Shown here one piece after another: positions 8,348 through 16,184 of a DNA stretch of 24,044 nucleotides; position 1 is the first letter of the stretch, and each line of letters opens with the position of its first letter. The translations under genes were made by a program, and so were the position numbers. The notes under the pieces are model-generated. The model saw nothing but the letters and a program-made list of their open reading frames with translations. It did not search any database and had not been told where the DNA came from. Location of the stretch: positions 1 through 24,044 of IMG/VR virus record IMGVR_UViG_3300045838_000021. One strand, given 5' to 3'. Source of the DNA: a virus (taxonomy: Duplodnaviria; Caudoviricetes).

Positions 8348-10068
8348 CCGGCCCCCAGGTGCATTCGCTCGTTGTAGCCGATGTGGACGGAGTAGACGGT
8401 GGGTGCGGGGTTGCCCCCGGTGCCGGTGGAGATGATCTGGACGATCACGTCCTGGCCCTGGACGGCGTAGGACTGACGCAGGTACTGGTAGAGGGTCGAG
8501 ACCCCCGAGAGGGTGAAGGTCTGGGTCTGGCTGTTGAAGTTGGACCCGCTGCGGGCGCTGATGACCACCTGGATGTTGCCCACCCCCTGGGCGTTGACCG
8601 TGACCTCGCGCACGTCCACCACCCGGTTCCTGGTCCGGACCAGGGGCTGGCTCTGCCAGGAGAAGGTGGTGGCCCCCACCCGGCGGTTGTAGCCCCTCAG
8701 GTAGCCGCTGACGGTCCCTGAGCCGGGGTCGGTCCACACCGGGGCGTTGCCGTAGACGTAGCCGTTGTAGGGGTTGACCATCCACTCGTAGGCGGCGAAG
8801 ACACTCGGGTCGTCCAGCCGCCACCAGCTCCCGCTGGCACAGTCCAGGAGCCAGTTGTTGGGGCACATGACCCAGTTGTTCCACAGCTCGAACCGGCCGA
8901 AGTTGTTGATGATCCCGGTGTTGGGGACCACCCAGAAGTCGTCGGGCAGATGGGCCGAGAGCGCGGTGGAGGAGTCCCCGGTCCAGGCGTAGACCCCCCC
9001 GTAGTTCACTCCGTAGACGAAGCCCAGCGGCGTCTGCACGCCCGTCATCTGGGCGCCGTAGGTGGACTGGACCCCGGGCATCCGTCTGACCGTGGGGTTG
9101 GCCAGGTCCCCCTGGACGAGGACCCCTCCCTTGGTGTGGGTGATGATGAGCAGGTCGGAGGCGCTGATGCTGGCGGCGATCCCGATGCCACTCAGGGAGT
9201 CCTGGGTGACGACGCTGGCCGCGGTGCCGCCCGTCGTGTCCTGCACGTAGCTGTTGGCGTTGACCCCGGGGATGGTCGGCACCGTGAAGTAGTAGAAGTC
9301 GTTGGGGCTCTTCAGCCCGGTGCCGACGAAGCCCGCGGTCTCGTTGAACTGGAGGATGCGGCCCTGGTGGCTGACGGTCGGGCCCATGGTCCCGGTGTTG
9401 AACGGGGAGCCGAAGGCCACGGACCCGGTCCGGGTGTTGGGGTCGGGCGTGGCGATGGTCCCGATGCCCATGGTCCCGTCCAGGGCCTGGTAGTTCCTCA
9501 CCACCACCGGGGTGGTGGTCGAGGTGTGGGTCAGCCAGTGGATGATGGCCTGGCCGGGGGTGAACAGCGTGGTGGCGTGGGCCCCGGTGGAGACCGAGTT
9601 CGACTCGATGCTGATGACGTTCGGGGCCGTCATCGTCGGGCCGGTGTTGTAGACCTCCTCCTTGGTGAACAGCTCGGCCCGGCCCGTCCCGCCGTTCCAG
9701 ATGTACTCGTAGTTCATGTAGAACTCGACGCCGTGGATGGTGTTGGTGCTGCGGGGGTCCCACAGCTCCGAGGCCAGGCCGACGTTGATCTGCTGGTTGA
9801 AGCCCACCGGGCCGTTGACCAGGAAGCTGACCCTGACCCCTGTCGCAGTTCCGAGACTGGGACGGCTGTAGGTCCAGTCCTGGGCCGGTAGGGGACCTAA
9901 CCCACCACCCTGGAGGGCGATGCAGCGGTAGGTGTTCTCGATGGTGGCCGCGCCGTCTGGCCCGGCGGCCTTGCCTGTGGGCGATCCGCCGACGACGGAT
10001 GAGCCGAGGTCGTGCATGATCCCCCGGCTGAAGTCCGTCAGGTCGATCCAGGCCTCAGGCTCCCGCAC
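8344..10068 (-). CDS. Tail nozzle/hub protein (P22 gp10 / T7 gp12-like, 574 aa)
   Basis: N-terminal DFSRGI...ENTYR motif, beta-rich propeller-like middle (GFVYGVNYGGVYAWTG), C-terminal beta sandwich; adjacent to adaptor. Confidence 0.7.
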   Translation of the reverse strand: MREPEAWIDLTDFSRGIMHDLGSSVVGGSPTGKAAGPDGAATIENTYRCIALQGGGLGPLPAQDWTYSRPSLGTATGVRVSFLVNGPVGFNQQINVGLASELWDPRSTNTIHGVEFYMNYEYIWNGGTGRAELFTKEEVYNTGPTMTAPNVISIESNSVSTGAHATTLFTPGQAIIHWLTHTSTTTPVVVRNYQALDGTMGIGTIATPDPNTRTGSVAFGSPFNTGTMGPTVSHQGRILQFNETAGFVGTGLKSPNDFYYFTVPTIPGVNANSYVQDTTGGTAASVVTQDSLSGIGIAASISASDLLIITHTKGGVLVQGDLANPTVRRMPGVQSTYGAQMTGVQTPLGFVYGVNYGGVYAWTGDSSTALSAHLPDDFWVVPNTGIINNFGRFELWNNWVMCPNNWLLDCASGSWWRLDDPSVFAAYEWMVNPYNGYVYGNAPVWTDPGSGTVSGYLRGYNRRVGATTFSWQSQPLVRTRNRVVDVREVTVNAQGVGNIQVVISARSGSNFNSQTQTFTLSGVSTLYQYLRQSYAVQGQDVIVQIISTGTGGNPAPTVYSVHIGYNERMHLGAG

Positions 10069-10216
10069 GCTCCTGCTCCTGGGTCAGCTCTTCCTCAAGC
10101 TGCTGGATCCGGGCGTGGGCCCAGGCCAGGTCCGCGGTCATCCGGGCGAAGGTCGCCGCCGCGATCTGCTGGTAGTAGGCCAGCAGGCTCTCAGGTTTTA
10201 CTCCGTTTGGATTCAT
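10055..10216 (-). CDS. Small coiled-coil hypothetical protein (53 aa)
   Basis: Read by hand: MNPNGVKPESLLAYYQQIAAATFARMTADLAWAHARIQQLEEELTQEQERAGA. Fills the gap between tail fibre and nozzle, overlapping both; AAGGAAGAG upstream. Confidence 0.7.
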   Translation of the reverse strand: MNPNGVKPESLLAYYQQIAAATFARMTADLAWAHARIQQLEEELTQEQERAGA

Positions 10217-11777
10217 CGATCTCTTCCTTCAGGTGCTGGACGGCGTCGATGATGTAACCCAGCAGCCGGTCATGGTCGAAGTGCATCATCTCGGCCGGTT
10301 CGGCGGGCTTGTGGAGGATCGGGTTGCCGTCGGCGTCATGTTCCGGCAGCAGGTCACCCTCCCCCCAGTGCCATTCGAGCCGTTCCTCTTTCCACAGGAC
10401 GAGGTCGGGAGCGACTTCGTGGACCTCTTCGGTGATGAGCCCGACGACGCCGTTGGGGTAGCGGGCGTTGATCTCGTCGCCGTTGACGATCCCCTCGGTG
10501 TCACCGGCCGCGACGTCGCGGTGCTTCCAGTTGAAACGCACCGGCCGCATCTTGAACACCGGGTTGTCGGCGCCGGAGTCCTTCTCCGGTGTGTCGCGCA
10601 GGGCCCGCACGTTGTGTTTGTGGCGGCCCGACGACGTGCTGTAGCCGACCTGCGTGGAGGTGGTGTTGAGCATCATCGTGTTCCCGGCAATCGCCGGGAC
10701 ACCCATGCAGATGTTGTTGGACAGTGGATTGGTGCTGTTGAAGCTACCGACCGTCAAAACGGTCGCCCCATTGTTGGCCAGACGGAAAGCGACCACTCCA
10801 GTGGCGCTGACGTTTCCGTACGAGAGGTACATGGACGAATCGCTGTTGTTACCGAACAGCATCTTGTAGGAAGCGCCGTTCCGGTTGTTGTCGACCTGGG
10901 AGTCGATTGAGGTGTAGCCGCCGGTGCCTGGCCACTGACCGAAGAAGCCTTGCGCCGCTGCGCCCTGGTAGCAGACGAGGTAGCCAAGCGAGCGAAGAGT
11001 GCCGCTGGCACGTTCGACAAAGACCATGTCGCCGTTGTTGTTCCACAACCTTGCTTGGTTGCCAGTGCCGTACCACACCCATGTGTTTGCAGAGTTGTCT
11101 CGCTCATCGAACTGGTACCCGGCCCCTGATCCTTCAACGTGACAGTTGGTCGCCGCTCCGGCGCTGACCACGAACTGTCCGTTGCTGACCAGCAGCTCGC
11201 CGTTGTTGACCTCGGTGATTCCGGTGGCGGCGTTGAGGACGAGCCCGACTCCACCGGCCCGGCCGGTGACCTGCCCACTGACCGTCGCTCCGTCGCTCTC
11301 CAGGAACTCGACGGTCGGGTTGCCGCTGACCCCGGCCTGCTGTATCCGCACGGCGATCCCCGAGGACGAGGAGATGAACTGGCTCCCGCTGCCCATCGCC
11401 AGCTTCCCGCCGAAGACCGACAGCTGGCCGGAAGCGTCGTTGATGATCCGCATGTTGTAGTCGGCCCCGCCGTCACCAGCCGAGTTGGCGGCGTGGTGGA
11501 AGTCGATGAAGGGCGTGGAGGCTGGCTGGTACAACTCGAGACCATTACCGGTCGTCGTCAGCGTGCCGCTGAACGTGGTCGCCCCGAAGGTGACCGACGA
11601 GTTGAACGTGAACGCCCCGGTGGTCATGTCCCGCAGTAGCCCCCCGCTGGGCTTGGGCTGGCCCAGGGGGCCGAGGAACTTCTCGACCTCCTGGAAGTCG
11701 GTGTAGATCTGCTTCTGGGGCTTCTCGGCCAGCCCGTCGGGCAGGGGGAAGGGCGTCTTGAACGGGGTGGCGGGCAT
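10191..11777 (-). CDS. Tail fibre/spike with C-terminal Peptidase_S74 intramolecular chaperone (528 aa)
   Basis: G/N/S-rich beta repeats; PFIDFH...DYNMRI fibre motif; S74 signature TSSGRHKHNV...MRPVRFNWK...GLITEEV...LLGYIIDAVQHLKEEI. Confidence 0.88.
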   Translation of the reverse strand: MPATPFKTPFPLPDGLAEKPQKQIYTDFQEVEKFLGPLGQPKPSGGLLRDMTTGAFTFNSSVTFGATTFSGTLTTTGNGLELYQPASTPFIDFHHAANSAGDGGADYNMRIINDASGQLSVFGGKLAMGSGSQFISSSSGIAVRIQQAGVSGNPTVEFLESDGATVSGQVTGRAGGVGLVLNAATGITEVNNGELLVSNGQFVVSAGAATNCHVEGSGAGYQFDERDNSANTWVWYGTGNQARLWNNNGDMVFVERASGTLRSLGYLVCYQGAAAQGFFGQWPGTGGYTSIDSQVDNNRNGASYKMLFGNNSDSSMYLSYGNVSATGVVAFRLANNGATVLTVGSFNSTNPLSNNICMGVPAIAGNTMMLNTTSTQVGYSTSSGRHKHNVRALRDTPEKDSGADNPVFKMRPVRFNWKHRDVAAGDTEGIVNGDEINARYPNGVVGLITEEVHEVAPDLVLWKEERLEWHWGEGDLLPEHDADGNPILHKPAEPAEMMHFDHDRLLGYIIDAVQHLKEEIDESKRSKT

Positions 11778-12146
11778 CTAGGCCCAGACCTTGCGGTCGA
11801 GGACGAACTCGTACATGGCCCGCTCGCTCTCCAGGGCCAGGAGCTGAGTCTTGGCTTCGGTCAGACCGTTCTCCATGTCCAGCACGTAGAGGGAGGCGTC
11901 CCGGTCCCGACCGGAGACAGACTGCTCCATGGACTTGTTCCAGGCCAGGAGCTTGTCCCTATGCACCCGGGCCGTAAGGAGACCCACTTCGAGCTGCGCG
12001 CTCCGGATCTCTGCCTGTACTTCGAGCCAGAGCCCATGAAGCTGGGACGCGGAGAGGTTCAGGAGGAGCTTCGGGTCCCCCAGAACTTCAGCTCGGGGCG
12101 GGTTCGGCTGGGGCTGACTCGGGAGCGGGCTCGGGGGCGGGTTCAC
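11778..12146 (-). CDS. Helical/coiled-coil hypothetical protein (122 aa)
   Basis: GTG with AGGAGG upstream; stop abuts the fibre ATG; GC3-rich codons. Confidence 0.7.
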   Translation of the reverse strand: MNPPPSPLPSQPQPNPPRAEVLGDPKLLLNLSASQLHGLWLEVQAEIRSAQLEVGLLTARVHRDKLLAWNKSMEQSVSGRDRDASLYVLDMENGLTEAKTQLLALESERAMYEFVLDRKVWA

Positions 12147-12351
12147 TCACGGCCTCCTGGGTGATCTGGGACTCAGAACCCTGGACCGGGACCGACGCCT
12201 CGTCCGGGGTACCGGGAGGGGCCGGGTCGTAGGGACAACCGATGTGGATGCCGCAGTTGTACTGGGGGTCCTCCAGCACCCGGCCGCACTGACCACAGGT
12301 GGGGACGGGGTTCACGAAGACCTCAGCGTGTTCCATCTTGACCCAGGGCAT
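12088..12351 (-). CDS. Small Cys/His (putative Zn-binding) protein (87 aa)
   Basis: AAGGAG before ATG; CGQC-x10-CGIHIGC followed by an acidic Pro-rich tail. Confidence 0.7.
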   Translation of the reverse strand: MPWVKMEHAEVFVNPVPTCGQCGRVLEDPQYNCGIHIGCPYDPAPPGTPDEASVPVQGSESQITQEAVSEPAPEPAPESAPAEPAPS

Positions 12352-12985
12352 GTTGCTTCTCCTTCATGTAGAGATCGAAGTCCAGCACCTGGGTCTTGAT
12401 GTGACCCAGGCCGATGGGGACACCCCAGATCCGGTAGCCCGCCTCCCTGGCTCTGGCGCAGAAGCCGTAGTCCTCGCTCATACGCTCCAGGCCGTCGGGC
12501 GTGTTCATGATCTCATGGCCGAACCAGGGCCAGGGGTCGTCGTTCTTGGCAGTGTCCCGCAGGACGCTGCGGTGGATGAGGGTGCAGCCCATGGCCACGA
12601 ACCCGAGCGGGGTCAGGTTCTCGGTGAACACATCGACCGGGGTCCAGTCCTCCTTGAGCCAGGTGGCCCTCAGGCCGCCTCTGAGGCTCACGAAGTACAG
12701 GGCGGCGTAAATCCCCGGCCCGTTCTCCTTGGCAGCCTTACAGAGCCACGGAAGGGTCTCTGGGGCGAAGATGATGTCGTAGTCCAGGAACCACAGGTAC
12801 TCGGACTTGGCCTCGTCCAGGAACCGCTGGACCACCCGGTTCCGGTTCTGGGCGATGTAGGCCCCGCTGGCACTGATCGTCCCCTCGATGAGGTGGGGGT
12901 ACTGGGTCTGGGTGGCCAGGACGCATTCCATCCAGGGCTGGTGGACCATGCCGTTGTGGCAGTAGCCGATGGCGACGGTGGTCAT
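12323..12985 (-). CDS. GT-A fold (GT2-like) glycosyltransferase (220 aa)
   Basis: True start ATG at 12985 (ATGA overlap). Motifs RNRVV..FL, YLWFLDYDII (DxD), AMGCTLIHRSVL, PWF, SEDYGFCARAREAGYRIW, GH. Confidence 0.88.
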   Translation of the reverse strand: MTTVAIGYCHNGMVHQPWMECVLATQTQYPHLIEGTISASGAYIAQNRNRVVQRFLDEAKSEYLWFLDYDIIFAPETLPWLCKAAKENGPGIYAALYFVSLRGGLRATWLKEDWTPVDVFTENLTPLGFVAMGCTLIHRSVLRDTAKNDDPWPWFGHEIMNTPDGLERMSEDYGFCARAREAGYRIWGVPIGLGHIKTQVLDFDLYMKEKQHALGQDGTR

Positions 12986-13932
12986 GTGGATGCCTCGTAC
13001 TGGAAGTTGCCGAGAATCCGGTTGTTGGCCCCCCACGTCCAGGGAACGGAAGCGGTGACGAAGGAGACCGCCGTGGAACTGTCGAGGAGGCCGACCATGA
13101 CCGACGAACCGGAGGCCTGGAACAGGCTGTACAGGTGGAGGATGGTGCCGTTGTACAGGTAGCCGTGACCGATGGTGATGTGGTCGGTGGCCGACGCCGC
13201 CGGGGTGACGGGGAAGCTGACCTGATAGGTGCCGGTCCCTGCGGCCGTGCCGCTGCTCCCGAAGTAGATGATGAACCAGCCGATGACCGTGCGGCCGATC
13301 TTGATGTACTTGCCCGTCGTGATCGACCCGGTGCCCAGCGTGGGGTTGGTCGTGGACGCGGTGAGGGCGGGGGTGTAGCTCGTCCACGCCCCCGACATGA
13401 CCACGCCGTCAATGCTGACCGCGCCGGGGTGAACCACGGTCTCGGCCGAGGTTCCGAGCATGATCTGGTTGGCCGCCGTGGTGGCCGCCACCGCCCCGAG
13501 AGCGACGGAGTTGTTGTGGCCGGAGGCGACCACGGTGTGATGGCCGAGGGCCATCGACCAGGCCCCGGCGCAGTTGGCCGCGGCGTTGTTCTGGTCCCCG
13601 GGCCCGATGGCCGTCGATGCCGTGCCGGTCGCCCTAGCGCCGTTCTGGGTGGCGCTGTTGGTCGAACCGATGGCGATGCCGCAGATGCCGGAGGCGAGCG
13701 GCGCGGCGGTGGTCGAGATGGCCGACCCGCCGCCGACGGCGACGGCCTGGACGTTGGTTTGGACGGTGGCCCCCGAGCCGATGGCGACGCCGTCGTTGGT
13801 GCTGACCGAAGCGGCGTGGCCGACGGCGAGACTGTTGGTGGCCGACGCCGTGGCCGTGTCGGCGGTGTGAGCCGCGGCGATGGCGTTGGTGCCGGTGCCG
13901 TCGATGAAGGCAGTGCGGGGGTAGTAGGGCAT
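12982..13932 (-). CDS. Fibre/adhesin with YadA-head-like (Hep_Hag) repeats (316 aa)
   Basis: Start ATG at 13932 (TGATG). Repeats SLAVG/GVAIG/AVAVG/GIAIG/STAIG/SMALG/SVALG, neck-like ANQIMLG, then a fibre-tip-like WTSYTP...GKYIKIGRTV...YQVSFPV domain. Confidence 0.78.
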   Translation of the reverse strand: MPYYPRTAFIDGTGTNAIAAAHTADTATASATNSLAVGHAASVSTNDGVAIGSGATVQTNVQAVAVGGGSAISTTAAPLASGICGIAIGSTNSATQNGARATGTASTAIGPGDQNNAAANCAGAWSMALGHHTVVASGHNNSVALGAVAATTAANQIMLGTSAETVVHPGAVSIDGVVMSGAWTSYTPALTASTTNPTLGTGSITTGKYIKIGRTVIGWFIIYFGSSGTAAGTGTYQVSFPVTPAASATDHITIGHGYLYNGTILHLYSLFQASGSSVMVGLLDSSTAVSFVTASVPWTWGANNRILGNFQYEAST

Positions 13933-14618
13933 CAGGTCAACTCCACCCAGCGGGCGTTGCCGGTGGCCGAGGCCCACACCGCGGTGAGGACCCCGGTCCA
14001 GCCGAAGGGGACCTCGTAGTAGCTGTTGGGCAGCATCTGGACGGCGAAGTTGGTGGTGGAGGCGAACGCGCCCAGCATCAGATAGCAGATGGCCGTCGAA
14101 TCGTTGTAGACCGTGGCCCCCAGGCGGCTGGCGTTGGAGGGGATGATCGTCACCGTAGAGACCGAGGCCGCCACATTCCCCGACGCGCTGGTCGAGGATC
14201 TCACCGCCTGGGTGGCGAAGGTGCCGGACCCGGCGTTGGCGGTGACCGTGCCCGACACCGGCTGGGTGGCCTGCCAGAACGTCCCCGTCACCGGGATGCT
14301 GGCGTTGTCGACCGTCACATGGCCGAGGAGGCGGGCCGCCCGGTCGGTCACGTCGGGCGTGTTGGTGGCCAGGCTGACCGGCTGGGTGGCCTGCCAGAAG
14401 GTCCCTGTGACGGCCAGGGAGGCGTTGTCCACGGTGACGTGACCCAGGAGCCTGCCGCTCCGGTCGGACACGTCCACGGCTCCGGAGAAGGTGGCGCTGG
14501 TGGGCAGGGTGTAGGCCGTGCCGTCGGGGTAGGTCGTGGACAGCAGGGCGCAGATCAGTTCCTTCCAGAGGTCCTGGAGCTGCTGCGCCTGGAGCGTGCC
14601 GTAGCCGGGGCTGGGCAT
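13932..14618 (-). CDS. Putative virion fibre/decoration protein with 40-aa repeats (228 aa)
   Basis: TGATG-coupled on both sides; T/V/A-rich; C-terminal beta domain RLGATVYNDS...LPNSYYEVPFGWTGVLTAVW. Confidence 0.7.
   Translation of the reverse strand: MPSPGYGTLQAQQLQDLWKELICALLSTTYPDGTAYTLPTSATFSGAVDVSDRSGRLLGHVTVDNASLAVTGTFWQATQPVSLATNTPDVTDRAARLLGHVTVDNASIPVTGTFWQATQPVSGTVTANAGSGTFATQAVRSSTSASGNVAASVSTVTIIPSNASRLGATVYNDSTAICYLMLGAFASTTNFAVQMLPNSYYEVPFGWTGVLTAVWASATGNARWVELT
14257..14474 (-). repeat. Direct repeat with 120-bp period inside the fibre gene
   Basis: accggctgggtggcctgccagaa occurs at 14257 and 14377; protein unit DV(S/T)DRxxRLLGHVTVDNASxxVTGTFWQATQPVS x2. Confidence 0.9.
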
Positions 14619-15022
14619 CAGCTACTCGCGAAGTGGCACTCGACCTCGCCGTAGAAGGTGCCCTCGGGGACGACCCTCAGGTAGTAGAAGGTCGTCGGGG
14701 TGGACGCGTCCCGATGGGGCGTCCCGGCCCAGGCCGTGTGCCTCTCCATCTGGAGCGTGGTGATGGTGTACCAGTGGCTCCCCTCGATGGAGCCCTGGAA
14801 GAGGAGGTTCCCGACGCCGTTGTCGGTGACGACGCAGAGGGAGTGGTGGTGGAGAGGCTCATCGAGGATGTACACCTCGCCGATGGCGTAGGGCTCCTCG
14901 ATGATCTCGGGCATCTGCGGCTGGGCCGCAGGAGCCTCGTCGTCCTCGAACTCGATCCTCGGTCGGTTCGGCCGGACGGCCGAGGCCAGGAAGCGGTCGA
15001 GAAGGGTCTCAGCCCTTGCCAC
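14618..15022 (-). CDS. Hypothetical protein (134 aa), beta-sandwich-like C-terminus
   Basis: Likely start GTG at 15022 (MARAETLLDRFL...), overlapping the upstream stop; the track's 15220 start overlaps the upstream gene by about 200 nt. FQGSIEGSHWYTI...FYYLRV resembles small phage structural beta domains. Confidence 0.65.
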   Translation of the reverse strand: MARAETLLDRFLASAVRPNRPRIEFEDDEAPAAQPQMPEIIEEPYAIGEVYILDEPLHHHSLCVVTDNGVGNLLFQGSIEGSHWYTITTLQMERHTAWAGTPHRDASTPTTFYYLRVVPEGTFYGEVECHFASS

Positions 15023-15599
15023 GCGCCGCCGCCCGGCTCGGCGTCGTGTCCTTCGGCAGGTCGTCCTCGGAGTAGTCCACCAGGTGGGTGACGCCGTCGT
15101 CCTTCTGGGCTTCGAGGATGGCCAGGCGGCGGCGCATGTTCTCCAGCTCGTCGTCAATGAGCCGCTGCTCGTCCACCGTCCGCACGACGCTGGTGTAGCC
15201 CTTGCCCTCGGGGTCGTCAATGACCGTGGTCACCCGCTCGCCGTCCAGGGTGTAGACCTCGACCTCCGGCCGGGAGTAGTTCTCGTCGTCGGGGTTGTTC
15301 CACCGCTCGGGGTAGGTCCACCCGCCCCAGCGGTGCTTGAGCTTGTCCAGCTCGAACTCCCGGGTCTGGATGATGATCTTCTCGCCGTTCTCGCCGTCGG
15401 GCTTGAGGACCTGGGTGTCCTTGCGGGACCGCTCGTCGCCGAACCAGTCCCGCATCCAGTCCACGCGGATGCGCCGCTCCTGGCCGGGCTGGAAGACGAC
15501 CACGTCCTTGTCCGGGCCGTTGTAGCAGTAGATGGGACGGCGGCCCACGTTCTTCACGATGACCAGGGACTCACCGTGGGGGATGGCCAGGATGCTCAT
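15009..15599 (-). CDS. Hypothetical protein (196 aa)
   Basis: GAGGA before ATG; strong GC3 codon bias; charged, with a short C-terminal coiled coil. Confidence 0.8.
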   Translation of the reverse strand: MSILAIPHGESLVIVKNVGRRPIYCYNGPDKDVVVFQPGQERRIRVDWMRDWFGDERSRKDTQVLKPDGENGEKIIIQTREFELDKLKHRWGGWTYPERWNNPDDENYSRPEVEVYTLDGERVTTVIDDPEGKGYTSVVRTVDEQRLIDDELENMRRRLAILEAQKDDGVTHLVDYSEDDLPKDTTPSRAAARGKG

Positions 15600-15619
15600 G
15601 ATCTGCGCTTCCTCGAATA

Positions 15620-15685
15620 GCGGGTGAGCCTGCCCCCGCCCTTGCTGGGCTGGGCACCCTTCCCTACGACCTTGCCAGCAGGCGG
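15620..15685 (-). terminator. Stem-loop region after capsid/decoration genes (possible terminator or attenuator)
   Basis: Minus strand CCGCC-UGCUGG pairs with CCAGCA-AG-GGCGG in a rare 90-nt intergenic gap; no U-tract. Confidence 0.4.
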
Positions 15686-15689
15686 CATC

Positions 15690-16175
15690 CTACGCCTTCA
15701 TGATGTAGGCGCGGATGGTGTTGTTGGCGTCCTTGGCGCCACTCGCCTCCAGAGCCACGCCCAGGATGGAACCGACCACGGCGTTGGCGGCCGGGGCACC
15801 AGCATTCGTGGCGGCCACACCGGCCGCGGTGCTGGTCGTGAGCAGGTCGTTGGCGGCCACGGTGTTGGCGGCGATGTTGACCCGGGCCGGGCCGGAGATG
15901 ACCACCGGCATGATGGCCCCGGCGGCGTAGGTCGTGCCGTCACCGGTCGTCGCCCCGACGATCCCGGCTGATCTCTGGCCCACGACACCGATGACGGTCT
16001 TGTCGTTGGCCGTCGTCGTGGTGGTGGCGTTCACGCCGTTGGCGTCCACCACGACCACGTCGCCGTAGGTCCGGGTACCACCGGAGTTGTTGACCATGGA
16101 CACGGTCATCTGGAGGCCGGAGCTGGCGGTCAGACCGAAGACACCGGCCGGGTTGGCAATCTGTACCTCGGGCAT
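15690..16175 (-). CDS. Capsid decoration/cement protein (161 aa)
   Basis: Directly after MCP with AGGAG RBS. A/T/G/V-rich; GDVVV...IGVV...V.ISGPARV...NDLL..S..AGVA...LGVALE pattern typical of DUF2190-like cement proteins. Confidence 0.75.
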   Translation of the reverse strand: MPEVQIANPAGVFGLTASSGLQMTVSMVNNSGGTRTYGDVVVVDANGVNATTTTTANDKTVIGVVGQRSAGIVGATTGDGTTYAAGAIMPVVISGPARVNIAANTVAANDLLTTSTAAGVAATNAGAPAANAVVGSILGVALEASGAKDANNTIRAYIMKA

Positions 16176-16184
16176 CGTCAGCTC

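Noticed and set aside
7655-9763. 702-aa ORF in the track, and similarly extended 12323-13387, 12982-13977 and 14618-15220
   Set aside because: The N-terminal extensions are off-frame reads of the upstream gene. True starts are at 8347, 12985, 13932 and 15022, at or near stop/start overlaps.
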